Assembly (NCBI GenBank): GCA_964559835.1
Contig: CAZLJE010000013.1
Coordinates: forward strand, 54,209-118,208
Origin: an uncultured Terriglobales bacterium
Lineage (GTDB): Bacteria; Acidobacteriota; Terriglobia; Terriglobales; Acidobacteriaceae
Direction: 5' to 3'
Length of the DNA: 64,000 bases
Below, in pieces: positions 36,126-45,505 of this stretch. Numbering within the stretch: position 1 is the first letter of the stretch; the number at the start of each line of letters is the position of its first letter. The notes under the pieces were generated by a model. That model was not told the DNA's origin and searched no databases. It saw only the letters and a program-made list of their open reading frames with translations. A program made the translations under genes and the position numbers.

Positions 36126-37451
36126 TTATTGCCGGCAGTACTGAACTGCCTGGTAGGTGTCAACGCGAAGGTTGTTCAGGTTCGCGTTGCCGATCCAAAC
36201 AGCCTTGGACAGCCCGGTTGAGACTTCACTCGCCAAACAAGTGCCGTTCTGACCGAGCATGATGGCAGCAGTGCCCGCCACCAGCGGCGTGCTGAACGAC
36301 GTTCCCCAAGCCGCGGCGTAAGTGCCCCACGGATACGGCGCCATGATCGCTTCGCCCGGCGCAGCCAGTTTCACCGGCGGTGCTCCGTAATTCGTGAAGG
36401 ACGACTGCACGTCGTAGTTATTGGTAGACGCAACGTCAACGACGCCAGGGAGTGCGGCAGGATAGACCGCCACATTCTTGCCGTCGTTTCCCGCAGACGC
36501 GACGCAAATAACACCCTGTTTCTGGGCATAGCTGACTGCATTTGCCAGTTCGCCAGAGCTGCTGGTGAAGCTAAAACTCATGTTGAGTACGTCCGCGCCG
36601 TTCTTGACGGAGTAATAAATGGCGCGCAGAACGTCCGACTCATAACCCGTGCCGTCCGCGCCGAAGGCCTTGAGCGGCATGATCTGCGCCGTCGGGGCGA
36701 CGAGGTGCACCAGGCCCGCAGTCATCGTGCCGTGACCGAAGGCAGCATAGCTGCCACTCCCATCGAGCAAGGCGACGGTGGATTGATCCAAAAGGGCGAC
36801 CGTGGATTGGTTTACCTGTCCAGGCTGGGCGTTGCTCAGATTCGGCGAAGTGCTTACGTCGTTCTTTTCCGAACCGCCATTCGTATTCCGGGTGAAGTCA
36901 TAGCCGGAGGTAAGAACGCCTTGCAACGCGGGATGCGTCGGGTCCACACCGGTATCGATGACGGCAACGATGACGCCGGATCCGGCAGCGTTGAACGTGG
37001 AATGAGCCTGGTCGATGCGGATCTTCGAATAGGCGGGTTGCGCCAGGAAACCGTGCCACACCGTCGTGCCATAGTAGTTGACCGGCGTCTTGTCGGTGAG
37101 GTACGACGGCACCGGGCCAACAGTCGCGCCTGCCGTTCTGACTTTCTGGTCAATCTCAACATCGAGAATGCCGGTTTGCAGGCTGAGAGTAAGCGGGCTG
37201 AGCAGCGATCCCGTGGGAAGCGTGACCAGGAACAACTGTCCTTGGGGGTCGCCCAGGCTGTAATTGACCTTACAACCGAGCAGGAGACAGGTCAGGTTCA
37301 GACCGCTCAAGCCGAGTGAATCGCGCACGATCAACCGCGTCTGGGCCTGTGCGGCGGGCGCGAATAAGCTCGCCAGCAGGATCACCGCAACGGCCAGGAA
37401 GCTGCTGCGCCCCTTCGCCGAAGAAATCATATTTTCAGTAGTGTTTCTCAT
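36126..37451 (-). CDS. Secreted S8 (subtilisin-like) serine peptidase
   Basis: Signal peptide. Catalytic triad contexts VAVIDTGVD, FGHGTMTAG and WGTSFSTP. Confidence 0.9.
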   Translation of the reverse strand: MRNTTENMISSAKGRSSFLAVAVILLASLFAPAAQAQTRLIVRDSLGLSGLNLTCLLLGCKVNYSLGDPQGQLFLVTLPTGSLLSPLTLSLQTGILDVEIDQKVRTAGATVGPVPSYLTDKTPVNYYGTTVWHGFLAQPAYSKIRIDQAHSTFNAAGSGVIVAVIDTGVDPTHPALQGVLTSGYDFTRNTNGGSEKNDVSTSPNLSNAQPGQVNQSTVALLDQSTVALLDGSGSYAAFGHGTMTAGLVHLVAPTAQIMPLKAFGADGTGYESDVLRAIYYSVKNGADVLNMSFSFTSSSGELANAVSYAQKQGVICVASAGNDGKNVAVYPAALPGVVDVASTNNYDVQSSFTNYGAPPVKLAAPGEAIMAPYPWGTYAAAWGTSFSTPLVAGTAAIMLGQNGTCLASEVSTGLSKAVWIGNANLNNLRVDTYQAVQYCRQ

Positions 37452-37554
37452 TCCATCCTCTCCTGGAGCCGTTCCAGGTTTCCCACGTGTTGGGGAGTTT
37501 AGTGTCAGTTCTGGAACTGGCCAAATTACGTCGGTAACAAAAATGTTAGGGTCC

Positions 37555-38172
37555 TTATTTTGTTAAGAGTTTCGGGTCTCCCAGGGGTACCTGGACTCGT
37601 TTTGTCGATGTCAATTCCAGCGACAAGCGCAAGCGTTCGCGAATATCGCACTCAAACTGAAATTCACCAAAATCGGTGGTCATGGTTTCCAACACCGCGG
37701 CGCCGTTCTCGTTGAACAGGATCACCGGTACCGGCATCGGATAGTGGTTCTTGTTTTCGAGCACTTGCCCGACGACGATCAGGCGCTGCGGCGGTTGGAA
37801 TTCGAACCGCATGTCGATGGTGACCCCATTCGCCTCGTAGAGAAGCTGACGGGCATTGCTCGCGGCCGCGGCACGAATGCCGAGGGGCGCTGCTTGCGCG
37901 AAGCTGTCGAATACGAGGCTTGCGAGCAAGGTTTCTTTCTTTTCTGCCTTGGGATACTTGATCTCAAACTCCTGTTTCAACATGCGCACCAAATCTGCCG
38001 GCGGGTCGTACGTACGGTCCTGACTGGCTGAGGATCGCATCCACTGCCAGGTCGCGAATGCCTGTCGGCACTCGACGCAGCCCGTTTGCAGGTGCTTTTC
38101 CACTTCGGCCTTCGTGGCCTGGTCGACTGTTCCTCGAACCAGGTTCACCCAAACTTCGTCTTCGAAATGCAT
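37555..38172 (-). CDS. Soluble anti-sigma-like protein: N-terminal zf-HC2-like motif plus C-terminal CarboxypepD_reg-like beta-sandwich
   Basis: EKHLQTGCVECRQAF (HxxxxCxxC, one residue longer than the canonical HxxxCxxC). No TM segment. C-terminal VGQVLENKNHYPMPVPVILFNENGAAVLETMTTDFGEFQFE. RBS GAGGAA before ATG 38172. Confidence 0.45.
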   Translation of the reverse strand: MHFEDEVWVNLVRGTVDQATKAEVEKHLQTGCVECRQAFATWQWMRSSASQDRTYDPPADLVRMLKQEFEIKYPKAEKKETLLASLVFDSFAQAAPLGIRAAAASNARQLLYEANGVTIDMRFEFQPPQRLIVVGQVLENKNHYPMPVPVILFNENGAAVLETMTTDFGEFQFECDIRERLRLSLELTSTKRVQVPLGDPKLLTK

Positions 38173-38296
38173 GTTTTCCTCGCTTGGGGATAGCGGGGCG
38201 CTTTCCGCGCCGTTGAGTCGACGGCCAATTTCACCGTCATCTGGAGCAAAAGGGAGTCGAGGCGAGGGAAAAATATAGGCGGGAAGAAAAAAAGTT

Positions 38297-41158
38297 CTAA
38301 AGCCGTCCGACGAGCACAAATGGCGCCCAATGATAGGGATGCGGATATTCTGCCCGTAGTTCGGTCATTGCGTCCCGCAGGGCTTCCGCTTTCGGGGCGC
38401 CCGACTGGAGGCGGCGGTAGAAGGCGACCATGAATCCGGCAGTAGTGCGGTCATGAACATCCCACAAACTGAGGACGAGCGACTGGGCTCCAGCCTGCAG
38501 CAGCCCACGGACCATGCCCATCAATTCATCGCCCGCGGTAACCACATTCAAGCCGGTTGCACATCCGCTCAGGACCACAAGTTCGGCCGGGAGCCTCAAT
38601 TGATAAAGGTCGTACAGGCTGAGATAGGAATCCGCGAGGCGGATCGACGAGAACATCGGATTGTCCTGGCGGAATTGCCCGTGCGTTGCAATGTGCACGA
38701 TGCGGCTGTCCGGCCCATGCCGCCGAAGCGCGCTTTCGGTGGCATCGCTGCCCAGGCAGGTCACCGGGTTGGGCAGGATCGATTTCAGCGCTTCGACCTC
38801 CTCGCCGATCGACGGAGCCGCCGCATCAGGAATGCCCATCAATAGCGAAGTGTCCGAACTAGATGCGGGGAGCCGCTGGCAAAGCGTGAAGATGCTTGCG
38901 CTCGGGGCATAAGAAACCGTGAACCGGTCGATCAAGTGGCGCTCACCATCGAACAGCGCCTGGAACGGAACGTGATGCAGCACTCCATGAGGAACGAAGA
39001 TCAGGTGATCGGCCCGCAAGCGTGGTTCCAGGGGAGCGATCAATTCGGCGTAAAGTTGCTGGAGATGGGACTGCGTGGCCTGCATGATCGGTCCCTGAAA
39101 GGCTTCCAGGTAACCGCTATCGAGCCGGAACTTCGACATCTGGAATTGAACCAGGCGCAACAGCGACTCGATCCGCGACTGGAAGGTGACAGGGGCGATC
39201 TCGACTGAATCGTGGGTGACGACGCAAGCTACGAACCGGTCTTTGACCGCGAAGTATTCGACCAGAGCAGCCTCGGCGGGGAGCGACTGCCGAATCTCGT
39301 CCAAGGGCAGATGCGTTGGCAATTGAATGCCGGCCTGGCTTGCCTCGGAAAGGCTCGCTTCCTGCAGGACACGCAGCAGGTCCGTTTCGCGCGCGCGTAC
39401 CTGGCGTTCGAGGAGGTCGACGCGCTGCTGGGATTTTTCCTCCGGACGAAGTTGCTCGCGCTCGATCAGGTTGTAGTACCAGTTCAACTCCTCGCGCAGA
39501 TTGCGGATGTTCCGGACGAGTTCACTCTGGCCGGATCCGTCCTCCGCCTGGCGCTGGATAGGCTGCAGTAGCATGTCCATCAGGCTGCGCGACTTGGCCT
39601 GTTCGATGAGCCCGAACGCCTCCTCGGCCTTGCCTGGATTCTGGACTTCTCGCAGACACGCGATCACCAGGTTTTCGTACACTTCCAGCTTGTTCTTGAA
39701 AAACGAGATTTTCAGCTCTTCGCCGCGCAGGTTGCCTCGTAGCGTTTCCAGCGCCTGTTGCGCGGACAGATAACTTTTGTATGCGCTCGAAACGTCGCCC
39801 ATGGCGTCATACACCTGGCCGCTGACGAATTCTGCCTGGTAGATAAGCACCGGCAATTGCAGTTCTTGCGCGCCCGCCAGCGCGGAACGGCAGTGCTCCT
39901 GCGCCGCAGGCAGGTCGCCCATGCTCAGCGTTACTCGTGCCAGGAGAAGTTGCGCCAGCACGGCCTTGCTGCGGAACGACGACCGAAACGCCTCATAAGC
40001 GGCGTTGGCCAGGCGTCGAGCCTCGAACAACCGGCCTTCATTGAAAAGGACCAGTGCCTGGTAGAGGTCGATCAGTGAGGGCCAGACCAGGTTGTTCTCA
40101 CGCAGGAACACCTCGCGTGCCTTGCCGAACCGTTCGACAGCCTGGAACGGCTGTCCCATTTGGCTGAGCGCAATCGCAGAAAAAGCAAAAGCCTTCGCAC
40201 TCTCATAGGCCATTCCCAGTGCTTCAAACCCGGCATGGGCTGCGTCGGCGAGTTCAGTGGCCTCGGCGTGGAGATTCAACTCGAGATAGATCTCGGACAG
40301 GTCGAGGTTGCACAACGCGCCGTGGTACGCGTCGTTCAAATCTTTTGCCTTGATGCGCGCCGCCCGCAGCATCTCGATTGCACGGCCGTATTCGCCGCGC
40401 AGAAAATAGAGGTAGGCGATGTTGTAATCGGCCTGCACGACCAGGAGCGGCATCTGGTGCGTATCGCTGAAGGCACGCGCGTCTTCATAGTTGGCCAGCG
40501 CTTCAGTGAAGTGATTGAGGCTGATGTTGCAGACGGCGAGATTGCTCAGGGCGCCGGCAATACCTTCCGCGTCATCGTGCTTCAACAGTTCGACGTACGC
40601 GCGCTGGTAGGCTTCGAGCGCGTCCTGAAATCGGTCCTGGCGATAAAAAATGTTGCCAATGTTGAAGTCGACGCGCGCGATTCGCCAGAGATTGCCTTCT
40701 TCGCGAAAGATCTGCCGCGCGCGTTCGCCGGCGGCCAACGCTCGCTCGTAGCTGCCCAACAACAGCAGCGGCTGGATCGACGTGCTCAACGTACGCGCAA
40801 GCTCGTGCCGGTCTCCGGCCTGTTCGAATAGTTCAGCCGCGCGCAAGTGCAGGTCGGCAGCGGCACCGTTCTGGCCACTTGCAGACAGAGCGTTTGCCTT
40901 GGACCGCAACCCTTCTGCCAGAGCGGCCGGCGTATTCAGCGACTCGGCTATGGTCACGGCCGCTTCGGCGAAGCGTAACGCGTCCGCCGTACTCACTCGG
41001 ATCTGTCGCAAAACGCGGGTCGTCAACGAGGACAATATATCCGCGTCGCTCAGACAAGGATGTGATTGCACGAAGGCGCGCCGCTCTTCCGCCGAATCTA
41101 AGGCGCACAATCGCTCGACGAGTGCGTCGCGGTCGGCAATGGGGGCGGGGGCGCTCAT
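38297..41158 (-). CDS. TPR-repeat / CHAT-domain (caspase-like) protease
   Basis: About 600 aa of TPR-like repeats, then CHAT with HIATHGQF (His) and VVLSGCATG (Cys). Start ATG 41158 overlaps the sigma stop (ATGA). The ORF-track N-terminal extension is the Arg/Gly-rich out-of-frame shadow of the sigma gene. Confidence 0.88.
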   Translation of the reverse strand: MSAPAPIADRDALVERLCALDSAEERRAFVQSHPCLSDADILSSLTTRVLRQIRVSTADALRFAEAAVTIAESLNTPAALAEGLRSKANALSASGQNGAAADLHLRAAELFEQAGDRHELARTLSTSIQPLLLLGSYERALAAGERARQIFREEGNLWRIARVDFNIGNIFYRQDRFQDALEAYQRAYVELLKHDDAEGIAGALSNLAVCNISLNHFTEALANYEDARAFSDTHQMPLLVVQADYNIAYLYFLRGEYGRAIEMLRAARIKAKDLNDAYHGALCNLDLSEIYLELNLHAEATELADAAHAGFEALGMAYESAKAFAFSAIALSQMGQPFQAVERFGKAREVFLRENNLVWPSLIDLYQALVLFNEGRLFEARRLANAAYEAFRSSFRSKAVLAQLLLARVTLSMGDLPAAQEHCRSALAGAQELQLPVLIYQAEFVSGQVYDAMGDVSSAYKSYLSAQQALETLRGNLRGEELKISFFKNKLEVYENLVIACLREVQNPGKAEEAFGLIEQAKSRSLMDMLLQPIQRQAEDGSGQSELVRNIRNLREELNWYYNLIEREQLRPEEKSQQRVDLLERQVRARETDLLRVLQEASLSEASQAGIQLPTHLPLDEIRQSLPAEAALVEYFAVKDRFVACVVTHDSVEIAPVTFQSRIESLLRLVQFQMSKFRLDSGYLEAFQGPIMQATQSHLQQLYAELIAPLEPRLRADHLIFVPHGVLHHVPFQALFDGERHLIDRFTVSYAPSASIFTLCQRLPASSSDTSLLMGIPDAAAPSIGEEVEALKSILPNPVTCLGSDATESALRRHGPDSRIVHIATHGQFRQDNPMFSSIRLADSYLSLYDLYQLRLPAELVVLSGCATGLNVVTAGDELMGMVRGLLQAGAQSLVLSLWDVHDRTTAGFMVAFYRRLQSGAPKAEALRDAMTELRAEYPHPYHWAPFVLVGRL

Positions 41159-41736
41159 CGGTTCCTTATCTTTTCGAGTTGCTTGCGCAGTTTCTGCAGG
41201 CAACGTCCCCGAATAAATCCGATCGAACCACTGGCAAGATTCAACTTCTGCGCGACCTCGTCGTAACTGCGGGGCGGGTCTTCGTAAAAGAGCATTTGCA
41301 CCATGCGCCGGCAGCGCTCCGGGAGCTCTCGGACGGCATTGCGCACTGCCTCTTCCTCCTCCAGTTCCGCCAGCATGTCCTCCGGAACCGCCGGTTCGAC
41401 ACCGATCGGAAGCTCGTCGTCTTCGACGTCCACGTGCCGTTCCGCGCGCCGCTGGACAGCCAGACACTTGTGATAGCAAGTCTGGATCAGCCACTTCGGC
41501 AACGCCTTGGGCTCTCGCAGGCCCGCAAGTCCCGAAAGCAAGTCAAGGCACACCGACTGAAAAATATCGTTGGCGTCCTGGTGCAGGCCCAGCCGGACCG
41601 GAATGGAATAAATGAGCTTCTTATAGCGATCGATCAATACGGCCCAGGCTTCACTGTCGTGCTTCAGGCAGGCGGCAACCAACCGCTCATCCGACCATTC
41701 TGCGGACTGGGCTGGGGCGGGTGCGGGTGCGGTCAT
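41155..41736 (-). CDS. ECF-type sigma-70 family RNA polymerase sigma factor
   Basis: Region 2 (AWAVLIDRYKKLIYSIPVRL..DIFQSVCLDLL) and region 4 (LPERCRRMVQMLFYEDPPRSYDEVAQKLNLASGSIGFIRGRCLQKL). Start ATG 41736 shares 1 nt with the upstream TAA. Confidence 0.88.
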   Translation of the reverse strand: MTAPAPAPAQSAEWSDERLVAACLKHDSEAWAVLIDRYKKLIYSIPVRLGLHQDANDIFQSVCLDLLSGLAGLREPKALPKWLIQTCYHKCLAVQRRAERHVDVEDDELPIGVEPAVPEDMLAELEEEEAVRNAVRELPERCRRMVQMLFYEDPPRSYDEVAQKLNLASGSIGFIRGRCLQKLRKQLEKIRNR

Positions 41737-43493
41737 TAACGACCTCGCAGGGAAGCGTCGCGCCAGTACAGTTCCTCGGCATTCCACAGCGTGTAATGAT
41801 CGAGGACTGCGGGATGGAAATTGCCGAGCTGGGATTTTGCCGCCGATAGCACGTTCGGAGTTGCGATGAAAACGAAGGGCAAGTCCTCGGCGATCAGCTG
41901 CTGGGCACGGTCATAAATCTTCTTGCGGTCCTTATAGCTGGTGGTGACCATCTGCTGCTGCATCAATCGGTCGAGTTCCCGCTCCCAATCCGGAGCGCCC
42001 GTGGTCTCGCCGAGATGCCACAGGTGCATGGTCCCCGAATTTGTCCAGACATTCACCTCAGGGTTGGGGTCCGCGTCGCCTCCGCCGAAGCCCATGATCG
42101 CGGCGTCGTAATCGTACGTTTGCAGTAAGCGGTCGAGCATGGAACGGAAGTCCATGGGCACAACGTTGACCTTCATCCCGATCTGCTTGAGGTCTTCCTG
42201 GAGCAGCGTAGCCATTTTGGTGCGTTGCGTGTTCGAAGAACTGGTCAGGATCGAGAACTCGACCGGATTGCCACCACGGTCGAGCAGCGTACCGTCGCCG
42301 GACCAGCGGAATCCCGCGCCCCGCAGCAGCGTACGTGCTTCGTCCGGCGATCTCGCCGGGTGTGGCAGCGCACCGTTCAACCACATCTTGTTTCCCGGAC
42401 TGACATTCCCCCACAGGGGCGTTCCATATCCGCCGTAGACCAAGCGCACAATGCCGGCCCGGTCGATTGCGTCGGACACCGCTTTGCGGAATGCAAGCTC
42501 TCGAAACCAGGCCTGCTTGCGTGCGACCTGCTCCAGTTTCCGCCCGCTCACGTCGTTCTGGTTGAACACGAGGAAGTTGTATTCGAGACTCGGGCCAAGG
42601 TCGGAAAGCTGGTAGCTCTTGCTCTGCGCTGATTTTGACAGGAGCGCGTAGTTCTCCGCGCCGAGGCGGCTGATCATATCCGTTTCACCGGCTTGGAAGC
42701 GGATCAGTTGGGCGTCCTCGCTGCCGACGAACAGGAAGGTAATCTCGTCCAGGTAAGGCAACCTGTGTTTCTGCGAGTCCGCCTTCCAATAATACGGATT
42801 GCGCTCCAGCACCAGCCGCTGGCCCGCGACGTATTGCTTGACGCGGAACGGTCCCAGCCCGGCTACGTCCTGCGCCGCCAGTCCCCACATCTGGGCGAAC
42901 CGGCCATCGCGATAGGGCTTCTCCAGGATGTGCTTCGGCATGATCGCCAGGCTGTCGAATATCCGCTCCGCGGCGGCGTACGGCTGAGGAAGAGTGAACC
43001 GGACGGTGTACGCGTCCACTTTCGCGACCGTCATGGGTTTTCCGCCGATCACGAGCAGATCGCGCTGAGGCGAGTGGACCTGCTCGTCCAGGTACACCTG
43101 GTAAGAGAACACGACATCATCGGCATCGAACGGCCGGCCGTCGGAAAAACGAATGCCGCGCCGAAGCTGCAGCGTGAAGGTTCGGCCGTCGGGGGAAAGC
43201 TTCCAGCTCTTGGCGAGCGCGGGTTCGGTCTGTTGGGAGGCGCGGTTGATATGGACCAGGTCCGCCATGACCCTGCCGATCACTTCGCGAGACGCAGCGT
43301 CGGCGGACAGCACGGGATTCAGGGTCTTCGGTTCGGCACGCTGTCCCACCGTCAGGCGGCCGCCGTACGCTCCCTGCACGGAGCTGACCAGCACTTCTTC
43401 CCCGCGTTGCACCGGTTCCGCAGAGGGCCCAGTTGCCCACGCTTGCGACAAGACACACAGAACCAAAGAGCCGACAACGAGAAAGCGTCTCAA
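41736..43493 (-). CDS. ABC transporter substrate-binding protein, family 5 (peptide/nickel type)
   Basis: Signal peptide; DppA/OppA-like length and layout (LTVGQRAEPKTLNP.., NPYYWK). Confidence 0.85.
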   Translation of the reverse strand: MRRFLVVGSLVLCVLSQAWATGPSAEPVQRGEEVLVSSVQGAYGGRLTVGQRAEPKTLNPVLSADAASREVIGRVMADLVHINRASQQTEPALAKSWKLSPDGRTFTLQLRRGIRFSDGRPFDADDVVFSYQVYLDEQVHSPQRDLLVIGGKPMTVAKVDAYTVRFTLPQPYAAAERIFDSLAIMPKHILEKPYRDGRFAQMWGLAAQDVAGLGPFRVKQYVAGQRLVLERNPYYWKADSQKHRLPYLDEITFLFVGSEDAQLIRFQAGETDMISRLGAENYALLSKSAQSKSYQLSDLGPSLEYNFLVFNQNDVSGRKLEQVARKQAWFRELAFRKAVSDAIDRAGIVRLVYGGYGTPLWGNVSPGNKMWLNGALPHPARSPDEARTLLRGAGFRWSGDGTLLDRGGNPVEFSILTSSSNTQRTKMATLLQEDLKQIGMKVNVVPMDFRSMLDRLLQTYDYDAAIMGFGGGDADPNPEVNVWTNSGTMHLWHLGETTGAPDWERELDRLMQQQMVTTSYKDRKKIYDRAQQLIAEDLPFVFIATPNVLSAAKSQLGNFHPAVLDHYTLWNAEELYWRDASLRGR

Positions 43494-43527
43494 CAGAATC
43501 TCCCCACAAGCGATTTTCAGGTCAGGG

Positions 43528-44538
43528 TTAGCGGGATTGTAACCGCGTTTGCAGCGCGTCGGCGAGAAAACAATAGGTGATCGAAATCGTGATCAGCGCC
43601 ACGGCGGGGCCGAGCATCCACCAATACGACGTGAGCACTTGATATTGCTGTAGCGCCGCGAGCATGTTGCCCCAGCTCGGAGTGGGTTCATTCACGCCGA
43701 GAGCGAAAAAAGATAGACTCACCTCGGCGGCAACGTATTGTGGGACCAGCAGCGCCGCCTGCGTGAGCAGGACCGCGAATACAGACGGCAGAACATGCCG
43801 GCGAACCAGGTAGAACTCCGACGCGCCGAACCCTCGCGCGGCGGCAACGTAGTTCTGCGTCTTCGCGCTCAGCACGACGCCGCGCACCAGCCGAGCCGGC
43901 CGTGCCCATCCCAGCAGCGAAACCACACATACGATCAGCAGAAACGACTGGGCCGCGCCCAGATGTAACGGCAGCGCGGCGCGTAATGCCAACAGCAGGT
44001 AAAGCCAGGGCAACGTGAGCAGCAACTCAGAAGAGCCCATCAGGACCTCGTCCGCCCACCCGCCTCGATAACCCGCGATCAAGCCGATCAACAGCCCGAC
44101 TGCGAGCGAGATGCCCGTCGCCAGCAATCCCGCGCCGAGGGAAATTTGGCCGCCGTAAAGCAGTCTTGAGAATACATCGCGGCCGTAGCCATCCGTTCCG
44201 AGCAAAGAAATGCGTACAGCAGTATCGGTACAAAACAGGCGCCGCCGCGACCGGAAAACTCCCATGAAGGAATAATCCGCTCCCTTACAGAAGAATCGCA
44301 CCGGGGCGATCGTGCCTGGGTCTTCTTCATACACGCCGAAATCGACGGATCGAAGGTCGCGGACAAACGGACGGAGGTGATAACCGGACGCATCGCGGAA
44401 ATGCACCCGGGTGGGTGGCGCATAAGCGTGCATGCGATCCTGCTCGCCGGGATCGTAGGGAGCAAGGAACCCGGCGCCCATAACGGCCACATGCGCCGCC
44501 AGCAGGAAAGCACCGGCGATCCACAGAGTCCTACGCAT
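43528..44538 (-). CDS. ABC transporter permease (DppC/OppC-like)
   Basis: Six-TM permease; GTDGYGRDVFSRLLYG N-terminal motif. Confidence 0.85.
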   Translation of the reverse strand: MRRTLWIAGAFLLAAHVAVMGAGFLAPYDPGEQDRMHAYAPPTRVHFRDASGYHLRPFVRDLRSVDFGVYEEDPGTIAPVRFFCKGADYSFMGVFRSRRRLFCTDTAVRISLLGTDGYGRDVFSRLLYGGQISLGAGLLATGISLAVGLLIGLIAGYRGGWADEVLMGSSELLLTLPWLYLLLALRAALPLHLGAAQSFLLIVCVVSLLGWARPARLVRGVVLSAKTQNYVAAARGFGASEFYLVRRHVLPSVFAVLLTQAALLVPQYVAAEVSLSFFALGVNEPTPSWGNMLAALQQYQVLTSYWWMLGPAVALITISITYCFLADALQTRLQSR

Positions 44539-45505
44539 GCGCGCTCCTCGTAGTGATGCGCGGGTCGAACGCGAGCAGAAGCAAGTCAGCGAGCAGAGTT
44601 CCCATGGTCACCATCACGGCGGACAACATCACGGCCCCGATGACCACGTAAGGATCGCGCGCCAGCGTCGCCTCCAGAACGAGTGGGCCGAGGCCAGGCC
44701 AACCGGTAATGACTTCGACCGTCAGAGAACCGCTTAACAGCACCGAAAGAGAAAGCCCGAATAAAGAAATCGCCGGATTGGCCGCTGCCGGCAGCACGTG
44801 CCGTAGCAGCAAACGTGCTGTGTGGATCCCATTGCCGCGGACCGCCTGGATGTAAGGGCTTTCCAGCACCTCCGCCATGCTCGACCGCACATGTCTTACT
44901 ACGATCGCCACGATCCCGAGGGCGAGTACGCTCGCCGGGATCACGAGGTGTGCGGCGATGTCGCGCACCTGACCCCACCACGTAAGCCCCTCGAACGAGG
45001 AAGAAGTCAGTCCGCCGACCGGCAGCATCCGAGTGCGGACGGCGAAGGCCAGGACCGCCAGCACTACGGCAATCTCAGGCACGGACAGCATGAACGAACT
45101 CGCGACGGTGACTACACGGTCGATCCAGCCTCCGCGACGCAGCGCGGTCCACGCCCCCAGCGGGACGGCCAGCAACCACGCGAGCAATGTTGCGGAAAGG
45201 GTCAGCAGCAGCGTATTGCGGGCGCGCGCCAGCAGCAGTGGGCGCACCGGCGCGTTGTATGCGAACGAGTATCCAACATCTCCACGCGCCGCCGAACTCA
45301 ACCAGAGCCAATATCTCGCGGGCAGAGGCCGGTCCATCCCATACTGCGCACGAAGGCCGGCGATCGTCTGCGGCGACACCTGCGGATTCAAGCGCAGTTC
45401 GTCGAAATAAGAACCGGGCACGATATCGCTCAGGACGAAGCAAAAAACTGATGTCGCCAGGAGCACCAGGATGGCCCGGGCAAAGCGTCGAAACGCGTAA
45501 CTCAT
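44531..45505 (-). CDS. ABC transporter permease (DppB/OppB-like)
   Basis: Six-TM permease with an EAA-like loop; 8-nt overlap with the downstream permease. Confidence 0.85.
   Translation of the reverse strand: MSYAFRRFARAILVLLATSVFCFVLSDIVPGSYFDELRLNPQVSPQTIAGLRAQYGMDRPLPARYWLWLSSAARGDVGYSFAYNAPVRPLLLARARNTLLLTLSATLLAWLLAVPLGAWTALRRGGWIDRVVTVASSFMLSVPEIAVVLAVLAFAVRTRMLPVGGLTSSSFEGLTWWGQVRDIAAHLVIPASVLALGIVAIVVRHVRSSMAEVLESPYIQAVRGNGIHTARLLLRHVLPAAANPAISLFGLSLSVLLSGSLTVEVITGWPGLGPLVLEATLARDPYVVIGAVMLSAVMVTMGTLLADLLLLAFDPRITTRSAHA

Noticed and set aside
41159-41494. 112-codon N-terminal extension of the CHAT ORF (MADPDLL...RGRRRRRASD...).
   Set aside because: It is the out-of-frame shadow of the ECF sigma gene. 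The ATG at 41158 with an ATGA stop/start overlap gives a coherent protein.
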